Assembly: GCA_044358425.1 (NCBI GenBank)
Contig: CP054849.1
Coordinates: 728,864-740,737 of the forward strand
Origin: Marine Group I thaumarchaeote
GTDB lineage: Archaea > Thermoproteota > Nitrososphaeria > Nitrososphaerales > Nitrosopumilaceae
Reading direction: 5' to 3'
DNA: 11,874 nt
Within the stretch, counting starts at the first letter, position 1, and every line of letters begins with the position of its first letter. The notes beneath the pieces are model-generated. The model saw nothing but the letters and a program-made list of their open reading frames with translations, did no database searches and was not told the DNA's origin. Made by a program: the position numbers and the translations under genes. Below are positions 1 to 7,140 of this stretch, one piece after another.

Positions 1-699
1 TTCAGTCTCTAAACCATTTTTACTTAATTTAATTAATTCACCAGGAACAACATCGCGTTGTAACGTTGCAGCAACTGCAGTTACAGCTGCGGATTCAGAA
101 GTTACAATGTATGTGTCATCAGATTCTTTATGGCCTAAAACCATTGGACGAAATCCTTTAGGATCCCTTGCAGCATAAACAGAATTATCATCAGAAATAA
201 AAGTAAAACAATACGAACCAACCATTTCATTTTTTAAAATTGAAAGTGCTTTTCCCATTTCCCCATTTTCAGAAATTAATGAAACTAATCTTTCTGCAGC
301 AACCAAAGTATCACTTGCACTTTGAGGAGTAAAAGAACATCCTCCAACTAAATTGGATAGTTCTTGTGCATTTGCAATTGTTCCATTATGTGCAACACAA
401 AGATCTTTTACTTTCAATGGTTGTGCATTTGCCAAAGTGCTAGTGCCCATTGTAGAATATCTAACATGACCAATTACACAAGGTGATGCATATTCTTGAG
501 CAATTTTTTTAAATTCAGAAGATGAATGAGAAACTAGACCTACTTTTTTGAATGGTGGTTTGTTAGGTACTGCAAATCCCCATGCTTCCTGTCCTCTATG
601 TTGTAAAGCTCGTAATGCATCAAAAACCATAGGAACGACATTCTTACCAGTTAGACTGTAAATTCCAACTACTCCACAATTTTCTTTGACTTTAGGCAC
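1..699 (-). CDS. purF: Amidophosphoribosyltransferase PurF, N-terminal 233 codons (partial; continues past the left edge)
   Basis: Not in the supplied ORF track because it is truncated. My own minus-strand translation from GTG 699..697 gives VPKVKENCGVVGIYSLTGKNVVPMVFDALRALQHRGQEAWGFAV...CVIGHVRYSTMG...CVAHNGTIANAQEL...VYAARDPKGFRPMVLG...TSES, open and in frame to base 1. It shows the Ntn (class II) glutamine amidotransferase pattern: a short propeptide, then the catalytic Cys in CGVVGI, then RGQE, HVRYST, HNG.I.N and RD..G.RP. An in-frame TAA at 717..715 leaves GTG as the only canonical start. The start overlaps the purL 3' end by 8 nt (692-699). Confidence 0.9.
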   Translation of the reverse strand, partial: MPKVKENCGVVGIYSLTGKNVVPMVFDALRALQHRGQEAWGFAVPNKPPFKKVGLVSHSSSEFKKIAQEYASPCVIGHVRYSTMGTSTLANAQPLKVKDLCVAHNGTIANAQELSNLVGGCSFTPQSASDTLVAAERLVSLISENGEMGKALSILKNEMVGSYCFTFISDDNSVYAARDPKGFRPMVLGHKESDDTYIVTSESAAVTAVAATLQRDVVPGELIKLSKNGLETE

Positions 700-2857
700 G
701 TAAAACCATCTCCCTTAACGAATTAAACCAAGTCTTTTGTGCTTTATCAACGCTTAGATCAATTATTGGTGTAGAATCATTACTAAATTGAATGGAATCC
801 CCAGCAAACTCTCCAATTACTGAATACGATACATTGTGTTTTTTCAATATCTCTTCTAGATTTTGAATATTTTCTTTTTCAAATGTAATTAAATATCTTG
901 AATGGCTTTCTGAAAATAAAATCTTATCAGAATCTAATTTTTCACCAGGTATTTTTTCCAAAGAAACATTACAACCAATTTGATTTGTCATACAAAGTTC
1001 AGATATTGCAATTGCCAGTCCACCTTTAGAACAATCATGTGCAGATTTGATTAAATCATTTTCAATTATTTCCAATACAGAATTCATATTTTTCTTTGAT
1101 TCTGTAAAGTCAACTGAAGGACATTTACCTCCAACAAATTTATGAATATATTCAGAATATTCTGAACCTCCTAATTCATCTTTAGTATCTCCAATCATAA
1201 TTAATGAATCTCCAGAATTAATTTTTTGAATCCTCAAAGGTTTCTTATCAATTAAACCAATTACACCAATTACAGGAGTTGGTTTGATTGGACCATCGGA
1301 TGTCTCATTGTACAAACTTACTTTGCCACCAACACATGGAATTTCAAAGTCTTTTGCAAAATCAGTTAGTCCTTTAAGAGATTCTAAAAATGTCCAAAAT
1401 ATTTCAGGATCATTAGGATTTCCAAATTGAAGATGATCAAGCATTCCAATTGGTTTTGCACCAGTACAAACTACATTTCTACATGCTTCTTCAAAGCAAC
1501 CAATAGCACCTTCGCGTGGATTAATGTAGCATTGTTTTGGGTTACCATCAATCTTAATTGAAAGAGATTTTCCATTATCTAGCCTCAAAACAGATGCATC
1601 ATGACCAGGTTTTGTAACAGTTCTAATTCCAACCTCATGATCATATTGCCCATACACCCAAATCTTACTTGCAATATTTGGAGAGCCAAGCAATTTCATC
1701 AAAGTTTCAGAGTAATCAGATAGTTGTGGGTAAGATTTTGGGGTTTCAAGATTTTCAAGATAAACAGGTTTACTGGAAGGTAAATCAAGTAAAGTAGCAT
1801 TTGCAACAATATCTGTAGAAATATTTGCAATTGAAGTTTCACCTTTCTTTACATGCATTTTATTATCAAATGTAACATGTCCAATTACAGAGCATTCAAT
1901 TCTAAATTTTTCACAAATTTTTTGTAATTTAATTAATTTCTCATTGTCTGTAACAATCAACATTCTTTCTTGAGATTCAGAAATCATTATTTCATCAGAA
2001 TGCATGTCTGACTCACGAGTATGGACTTTTTCTACATCCATTTCTATTCCAATATCTAATGCATCAGCAGTTTCAGATACAGCACATGACAGACCACCGC
2101 CACCAAGATCTTTCATTGCATGAATTAGTTGTTCATTACGTGCTTCCAAAATTGCTTCAATGATTAATTTTTCAATAAAAGGATCAGGTATTTGAACAGC
2201 TGAACGATCCTCAGTCTCTAAAGAATCAGATGCAAATTGAGAACCACCTATTCCATCTCTTCCAGTGGCACCACCTAAAAGAACCACAACGTCACCTTTT
2301 TTTGCATGATTTTTAATTAAATTCTCTTTTTTACCAAACCCGATTGCAGCAACATCTACCATTGCATAATTTTTGTAGCATTCATCAAATTCAACTTCAC
2401 CACCAACAGTAGGAATTCCTAAACAATTACCATAATCTGCAATTCCAGTTACTGCATTTTTAAAAAGCCATTTTGCATGTTGATCATTTTCAATATTTCC
2501 AAAACGTAATCCATCTAGAAGGGCAATTGGACGAGTACCAGCAGATAAAATATCTCTAATAACTCCTCCAACACCAGTTGCAGCACCACCATAAGGCTCA
2601 ACAGCTGAAGGGTGATTATGACTTTCAATGTGAGCTGTTACAACATATCCATCTCCAACATCTAAAACTCCAGAATCATATCCTTTTTCATTAATTACCA
2701 ATGGGCCATCCATAGGTAACATTTTGAGATGTTTTTTAGAAGATTTGTAAGAGCAGTGTTCAGACCACTCAGCTGCTACAATTTGTAATTCTGTTGGAGT
2801 TGGTTCTCTACCAATCTTTGTTTTTAGTTCTTCTAATTCATGTGATTCTAAACTCAA
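692..2857 (-). CDS. purL: Phosphoribosylformylglycinamidine (FGAM) synthase II, PurL (small/split type)
   Basis: 721-aa ORF with PurL signatures: GREPTPTELQIVAAEWSEHCSYKSSK, HNHPSAVEPYGGAATGVGG, GDVVVLLGGATGRDGIGG, and a duplicated AIR-synthase-like architecture. The start codon is TTG (2857..2855). An in-frame TGA lies 6 nt upstream (2863..2861), and the next ATG would delete the conserved N-terminus. TTG overlaps the purQ stop as TTGA (2854-2857). Confidence 0.97.
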   Translation of the reverse strand: MSLESHELEELKTKIGREPTPTELQIVAAEWSEHCSYKSSKKHLKMLPMDGPLVINEKGYDSGVLDVGDGYVVTAHIESHNHPSAVEPYGGAATGVGGVIRDILSAGTRPIALLDGLRFGNIENDQHAKWLFKNAVTGIADYGNCLGIPTVGGEVEFDECYKNYAMVDVAAIGFGKKENLIKNHAKKGDVVVLLGGATGRDGIGGSQFASDSLETEDRSAVQIPDPFIEKLIIEAILEARNEQLIHAMKDLGGGGLSCAVSETADALDIGIEMDVEKVHTRESDMHSDEIMISESQERMLIVTDNEKLIKLQKICEKFRIECSVIGHVTFDNKMHVKKGETSIANISTDIVANATLLDLPSSKPVYLENLETPKSYPQLSDYSETLMKLLGSPNIASKIWVYGQYDHEVGIRTVTKPGHDASVLRLDNGKSLSIKIDGNPKQCYINPREGAIGCFEEACRNVVCTGAKPIGMLDHLQFGNPNDPEIFWTFLESLKGLTDFAKDFEIPCVGGKVSLYNETSDGPIKPTPVIGVIGLIDKKPLRIQKINSGDSLIMIGDTKDELGGSEYSEYIHKFVGGKCPSVDFTESKKNMNSVLEIIENDLIKSAHDCSKGGLAIAISELCMTNQIGCNVSLEKIPGEKLDSDKILFSESHSRYLITFEKENIQNLEEILKKHNVSYSVIGEFAGDSIQFSNDSTPIIDLSVDKAQKTWFNSLREMVLRA

Positions 2858-3534
2858 TTTTCAATACCTGCTTTTTTTAATAAAGATTCAAAAATTAATG
2901 ATGATGGTTTATTATCTTGAGGGTTAATTTCTGATTCAACAGCTCTTTCAGGATGAGGCATCATGCCAACTACATTTCCATCTTCATTACAAACACCAGC
3001 AATTTGATTCAACGAACCATTCACAACTTGATCATATTTGAAAACAATCTGATTCTTTGCTTCAAGTTTATTCAATGTCTCATCATCAACATAATAACGT
3101 CCTTCACCATTTGCAATTGGAATAGGAATTTTCTGATTTAATTCAAATTGATTTGTAAAGGGGGTCTTGTTATTTTCAACAACTAAATTTGTCCACTCAC
3201 ACATAAAATTAAGAGAATCATTTTTGAGCAAAACTCCAGGTAATAATCCAGATTCTACCAAAATTTGAAATCCATTACAGACACCCAAAATTGGAAGTCC
3301 TTTCTGAGCAATTTTTTTTACATCTTGTATAATTGGACTATTTGCAGCAATAACACCTGCTCGTAATCTATCACCATATGAGAATCCACCAGGTAAAATA
3401 ACTGCATCAAGATTATCAGGAAGAGGTTTGTCATGCCAGCAATATTGTGCATTTAGATTAAAAACATCAGATAATACATGAAACATATCACGATCGCAAT
3501 TACTTCCAGGAAAAACTACAACTCCAACATTCAC
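2854..3534 (-). CDS. purQ: FGAM synthase I, glutaminase subunit PurQ
   Basis: 226 aa with class I amidotransferase motifs: N-terminus NVGVVVFPGSNCDRD, nucleophile elbow GVCNGFQIL, and His/Glu in MMPHPER. The start is GTG (3534..3532), the first canonical start after an in-frame TAA at 3561..3559, and it sits exactly at the conserved family N-terminus. Confidence 0.95.
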   Translation of the reverse strand: MNVGVVVFPGSNCDRDMFHVLSDVFNLNAQYCWHDKPLPDNLDAVILPGGFSYGDRLRAGVIAANSPIIQDVKKIAQKGLPILGVCNGFQILVESGLLPGVLLKNDSLNFMCEWTNLVVENNKTPFTNQFELNQKIPIPIANGEGRYYVDDETLNKLEAKNQIVFKYDQVVNGSLNQIAGVCNEDGNVVGMMPHPERAVESEINPQDNKPSSLIFESLLKKAGIEN

Positions 3535-3612
3535 AATTGCTTTTAGTTTCAGAGTTATTTAATTTGAGCCCAGCCTGACATAATTTTTAAGTGAATAATT
3601 TGGGGGATCGCT
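3535..3612. promoter_or_regulatory. Divergent promoter region between purQ(LF) and the CBS gene
   Basis: 78-bp spacer between divergent start codons. A TATA-like ATTTTTAA (3583-3590, + strand) is centred ~26 nt before ATG 3613. A TATA-like AATTAAAT (minus strand, 3564..3557) is centred ~26 nt before GTG 3534. A G+C-rich core GAGCCCAGCCTGAC (3566-3579) lies between them. The evidence is positional only, and TATA-like strings are common in AT-rich DNA. Confidence 0.4.
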
Positions 3613-4029
3613 ATGGCAAAAGTCAGAGACATTATGCAAAAGAACGTAATTACAATTGAAAGTGTAAAAAAAGCACATGATGCAGCAATTATTCTTAAAG
3701 AAAAAGAGATCAGTTTTCTAGTAGTAGTCAAAGAAGGAAAGCCAATAGGTATTGTTTCAGAAAGAGACATTGTAAGAAAAATTGTTGCAGAGAATAATGA
3801 TCCACAGACAACACAATTAGAAACAATCATGTCTAAAAATTTCAAATGGGTTGAACCAAACGCATCAATTGAGTCATCTGTTCAAAAAATGTTAAACAAC
3901 AATATCAGACGACTAGTAGTATTGGAAAACGAGAATTTAGCAGGAGTAATCACTCAAACAGATTTAACAGAATTTTTGAGAAGCAAAATTTTGATTAATG
4001 CAACTGTTGAAAATATTGAAACAAATTAA
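3613..4029 (+). CDS. Stand-alone CBS-pair (Bateman module) protein
   Basis: 138 aa with two CBS motifs and no other domain: MQKNVITIESVKKAHDAAIILKEKEISFLVVVKEGKPIGIVSERDIVRKI and MSKNFKWVEPNASIESSVQKMLNNNIRRLVVLENENLAGVITQTDL. ATG start. The stop TAA (4027-4029) overlaps the purS stop on the other strand. Confidence 0.9.
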   Translation: MAKVRDIMQKNVITIESVKKAHDAAIILKEKEISFLVVVKEGKPIGIVSERDIVRKIVAENNDPQTTQLETIMSKNFKWVEPNASIESSVQKMLNNNIRRLVVLENENLAGVITQTDLTEFLRSKILINATVENIETN

Positions 4030-4286
4030 ATGTCAAAAACATCAATTTTGACAATACTGACCATAGGATTGTAAATTCTTAATTCGTCACAAATCTCCTT
4101 AACCTTTGACTGAGCAGTTTCTTTATCATTTTCATCAATTAAAAATTTTAACATTTTTGCAGTTTTAATTTCAGATACATTTTGATGAGTACCTTTTAAA
4201 ACTAAATCATTCAGAATAGTTTTTCCCTCGGGATCACTAATTCCAGGCTTATTTTCTATTGTCACATGAACCTGATAACTTGTCAT
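4026..4286 (-). CDS. purS: FGAM synthase subunit PurS
   Basis: 86 aa, the right size for the family, with the PurS pattern: VHVTIENKPGISDPEGKTILNDL...G...VSEIKTAK...ELRIYNPMV. ATG start at 4286..4284. It sits next to purQ/purL. Confidence 0.9.
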   Translation of the reverse strand: MTSYQVHVTIENKPGISDPEGKTILNDLVLKGTHQNVSEIKTAKMLKFLIDENDKETAQSKVKEICDELRIYNPMVSIVKIDVFDI

Positions 4287-4338
4287 ATCATCGAGTAGTA
4301 AAATACTGATTAATCTATCTTCCGAATAATTTTAAAAA

Positions 4339-5514
4339 TTATAGTAGTCCACTTTGTATTAAAAATGATTTTAATTTCTCTTTTGTATTTACGTCATCAA
4401 ATTTATCATCTTGATCAATAGGAAATAGTTCATGTCCATTTAAAATTAAATTATGAGGTCCCAAGTCACGTGCATTATCAGCATTCATAGAATTAATCAT
4501 ATCAAATACTTGATCATTAGTAGGATAGACACCATTATTTTCCAGAAATGTCCTCAAATCAATTCCCTGTATCCAATTTCTTTTTTCATTTCTTGAACCA
4601 TAATCAATTAAGATTTCGTCAAAATTTGATTTGATATCAATATGAGAATCAGGACCAAATTCCTCATCATATTTTTCAGTTCCACGCCAAGCACGATCAA
4701 TTGTTTTTGATTGAGTATTTTTTAACAACCACATGTTTCTTTCAAGTTTTTTATTTACAGCGTCACCCAAACCTGATTTACTTTTATTTAGTAATCGAGG
4801 TAAAAACTTCTCAAGTTCCAATTTTTCACTTTTAAGTCGAGATGAATTTTTTGTAGCAGTATTTTCTAAAGAATTAGGATGTTCAAAAAAACAAAATGAA
4901 CTCATAGAAACAAGAAGTTCAAGGACATCTTGAAAAGGCTCATCAAAATGATGTACAACATTCAAAGCCAATACAATATCAAAATGTTGAACTTCTTTCA
5001 GATTCTGTAAATGTTTCAAATTCATTTGTTTTTCGAGGAGTAAAATGTTTTGATTATTGTTTTTTTTACAAGAATCTAGTAAATTTCGTTTAGAATCACC
5101 CTCTACAGCAACAAAAACTCCAGAAAAATCCTCAGATAATCGAAATGTGAAATAACCTTCAGCTGCACCTAGATCTAAAACAGATATTGGACGATTAAAT
5201 TTTTTACAAAATTCAAAAATTTCCTGATAACGTTCTACAGACTCCCTATATCCTAAAGAAATAGTCTGTCCTTGTATTCTAACATCATTGTAAGTATCTA
5301 TTTTGATTGATTCGTTTTGAGAAATTTCTTTTTTTTGTAATTCAGTATATTCACTAGAATTTTTAAGAATTAAAGAAAGTTGTTCTAAATTTATTTTATT
5401 ATTTTGTATCTCATCAGCATAGAAATCTAAGTCATCAAGTGTAGGCTCCCTATCTAATAATTGTAAATATTGTTCGCGAATAGATTTCCTCATATTCATT
5501 ACAAATAATTTCAT
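4339..5514 (-). CDS. DUF4214-like N-terminal domain + class I SAM-dependent methyltransferase + uncharacterised C-terminal domain (kinase-like motif)
   Basis: 391 aa. Residues ~12-56 (IREQYLQLLDREPTLDDLDFYADEIQNNKINLEQLSLILKNSSEY) fit the DUF4214 pattern. SAM motif I is SVLDLGAAEGYF (res 111-122, nt ~5149-5184), and a later methyltransferase motif is FDIVLALNVVHHF. The C-terminal ~125 aa contain ARDLGPHNLILNGHELFPIDQDD. ATG 5514; alternative ATGs lie at 5499 and 5493. Confidence 0.85.
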   Translation of the reverse strand: MKLFVMNMRKSIREQYLQLLDREPTLDDLDFYADEIQNNKINLEQLSLILKNSSEYTELQKKEISQNESIKIDTYNDVRIQGQTISLGYRESVERYQEIFEFCKKFNRPISVLDLGAAEGYFTFRLSEDFSGVFVAVEGDSKRNLLDSCKKNNNQNILLLEKQMNLKHLQNLKEVQHFDIVLALNVVHHFDEPFQDVLELLVSMSSFCFFEHPNSLENTATKNSSRLKSEKLELEKFLPRLLNKSKSGLGDAVNKKLERNMWLLKNTQSKTIDRAWRGTEKYDEEFGPDSHIDIKSNFDEILIDYGSRNEKRNWIQGIDLRTFLENNGVYPTNDQVFDMINSMNADNARDLGPHNLILNGHELFPIDQDDKFDDVNTKEKLKSFLIQSGLL

Positions 5515-5590
5515 CAGGCTAGTAATTTACATTTCTAGATAGCAATTTTAGGGTTAGATAGTTATACCAGAATATTTCAACATATCATAT

Positions 5591-6061
5591 ATGACAAGAA
5601 AAGAGAGAATGAGATATTGGAAACTTACTTCTGATGAAATGATGGAATTCAATTATGATGATAGTAAATTATTGAACTGGGAAATTAAGTGCATTAGAGA
5701 ACCAGAAGATGAAGCACATTTTATTGGCGTATTCATGTATAGAAACGGTACTGCTTACGATTATGAATCAGTAAAGGGGATTTGTTATTTTCATAATAAT
5801 ATAGATAGAAAAGAACTTCCAGAAATTACAAAATTTTTGCAAGGAAAATTTAATGGAAAAGAAATGGAAAAAGGGGACAGAATATTATTGAAAGATTCAG
5901 ATCAAATCTACTCTAGTACAGAGATTGGAAGTTTAGCAAAGGAAATGGAAAGTAAATTCAACACCAAGGCAGTTATATCTTTAGAATTTGAGGACATTAC
6001 TGCTGAAGCATTAAAAGAATCAGGCATGCCAGAAGCAAAACTATTACCAGTTCCAAAATAG
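5591..6061 (+). CDS. Hypothetical protein (no motif recognised)
   Basis: 156-aa ORF with an ATG start. It fills an otherwise empty gap in a tightly packed region and has a protein-like, non-low-complexity composition. The opposite-strand ORF 5908..6096 is shorter and looks spurious. I recognised no family signature. Confidence 0.6.
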   Translation: MTRKERMRYWKLTSDEMMEFNYDDSKLLNWEIKCIREPEDEAHFIGVFMYRNGTAYDYESVKGICYFHNNIDRKELPEITKFLQGKFNGKEMEKGDRILLKDSDQIYSSTEIGSLAKEMESKFNTKAVISLEFEDITAEALKESGMPEAKLLPVPK

Positions 6062-6114
6062 GTATTTTTTAAAAAATATACATTTTCATACATCATTACA
6101 TAAATTGAGATTAG

Positions 6115-6906
6115 ATGTCAAATTTAGAAAGTATCAACACACATCTTGAGGAATTAAGAAAAAGACTTCTAAGAATAGTAATAGTGATAGGAATCATCAC
6201 AGTTGTTGTTTTGACATTTCATGCAGAACCAATTAACATTGGAGAAGTTACACTATACTATCCATCCCCTGATCCTCAAAACAATATTGCAGCTCAAATT
6301 ACAAATCATATGAGAGAGAATTTAGTTCCTACAGATGTACAATTAATTCAAACTGCACCAGGACAAGCTTTCTTTGCTCAAATGTATGTTTCAGCATTAG
6401 TAGGAATGGTAATTGGAATGCCAGTGATCATTAAAGAATTTGTAGGATTCATCAAACCAGCTTTGAAAGAAAATGAAATTAATGTTAGTAGAAATATTTC
6501 ACTACCTGCATTAGGATTGTTTATTGCAGGATGTGTATTTTCATATAATTTTGTAATTCCATATATTTTAGAATTTTTATATCGATATGGAGATTCAGCA
6601 GGACTAGTTACTTTCCTAAATGTAATGGAATTTGTAACTTTTGTATTACAATTTTTATTGGCATTTGGATTTTCTTTTCAACTTCCATTAATCATGTATG
6701 CAATTTCTATGTCAGGTATGGTCGACAAAGATTTTTGGAGAAAAAATGCAAGGTATGCAATTGTGATCATCATAATTTTTGGTGCAATCATTACTCCTGA
6801 TGGGACAGGTGTTACAATGATGTTTGTTGCAGGTCCAATGATTGGATTATATTTTGCAGGCATGTTATTCATTGAGCGTAAACAAAGAGAAAAGTTGAAC
6901 ACTTAA
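6115..6906 (+). CDS. tatC: Twin-arginine translocase subunit TatC
   Basis: 263 aa. It has the N-terminal TatC motif THLEELRKRLLR followed by about six hydrophobic segments, and tatA follows immediately. Confidence 0.93.
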   Translation: MSNLESINTHLEELRKRLLRIVIVIGIITVVVLTFHAEPINIGEVTLYYPSPDPQNNIAAQITNHMRENLVPTDVQLIQTAPGQAFFAQMYVSALVGMVIGMPVIIKEFVGFIKPALKENEINVSRNISLPALGLFIAGCVFSYNFVIPYILEFLYRYGDSAGLVTFLNVMEFVTFVLQFLLAFGFSFQLPLIMYAISMSGMVDKDFWRKNARYAIVIIIIFGAIITPDGTGVTMMFVAGPMIGLYFAGMLFIERKQREKLNT

Positions 6907-6933
6907 ATCTGAAATCTGAGAAGTAGGGTTATA

Positions 6934-7140
6934 ATGCTTGGAAGTACTGAAATCATAGTTTTAGTTGTGGTAATAGGGGTACTAATTTTTGGTGCTAAAA
7001 AAATCCCAGAACTTGCTAAAACATTTGGTAAGGCCAAAGGTGAATTTGAAAAAGGAAAAATTGAAGGAGATAAAGAACTAGAGGATTTCAAAGGAAAAAT
7101 TGATGAATCTCCTAAAGATAAAGAAGTAAAATCAGACTGA
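6934..7140 (+). CDS. tatA: Twin-arginine translocase subunit TatA/E
   Basis: 68 aa with the classic TatA layout: a short N-terminal TM segment (IIVLVVVIGVLIFGAKKIPELAKTFGKAKGEF), the FG hinge, an amphipathic helix and a charged tail. It lies 27 nt downstream of tatC. Confidence 0.9.
   Translation: MLGSTEIIVLVVVIGVLIFGAKKIPELAKTFGKAKGEFEKGKIEGDKELEDFKGKIDESPKDKEVKSD

Noticed and set aside
2953-3141. 62-aa plus-strand ORF
   Set aside because: It lies entirely inside purQ on the opposite strand, and its Ile/Asn/Phe-rich composition suggests a frame artefact.
3555-3845. 96-aa minus-strand ORF from the track
   Set aside because: It is antisense to the CBS gene, which has a clear family signature. 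Its product is a low-complexity hydrophobic string typical of antisense frames in AT-rich DNA, and it would also run into the purQ promoter.
4733-4933. 66-aa plus-strand ORF
   Set aside because: It is antisense within the methyltransferase gene, has a Ser/Phe-rich low-complexity product, and has no motif.
5060-5067. Homopolymer runs of 8 inside coding regions (5060-5067, 5329-5336, 8626-8633) as frameshift or phase-variation sites
   Set aside because: All host ORFs are intact, full length and in a single frame. Such runs are expected from Lys/Phe codons in AT-rich genomes.
5908-6096. 62-aa minus-strand ORF
   Set aside because: It overlaps the 3' end of the longer 156-aa plus-strand ORF and the tatC promoter region, and it has no motif. 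The longer ORF is preferred, though neither has homology evidence.
6678-6902. 74-aa minus-strand ORF
   Set aside because: It is antisense inside tatC, which is securely identified.
6905-6918. Tandem heptamer AAATCTG x2 between tatC and tatA
   Set aside because: There are only two copies in a 27-nt spacer, which is too short to mean anything on its own.
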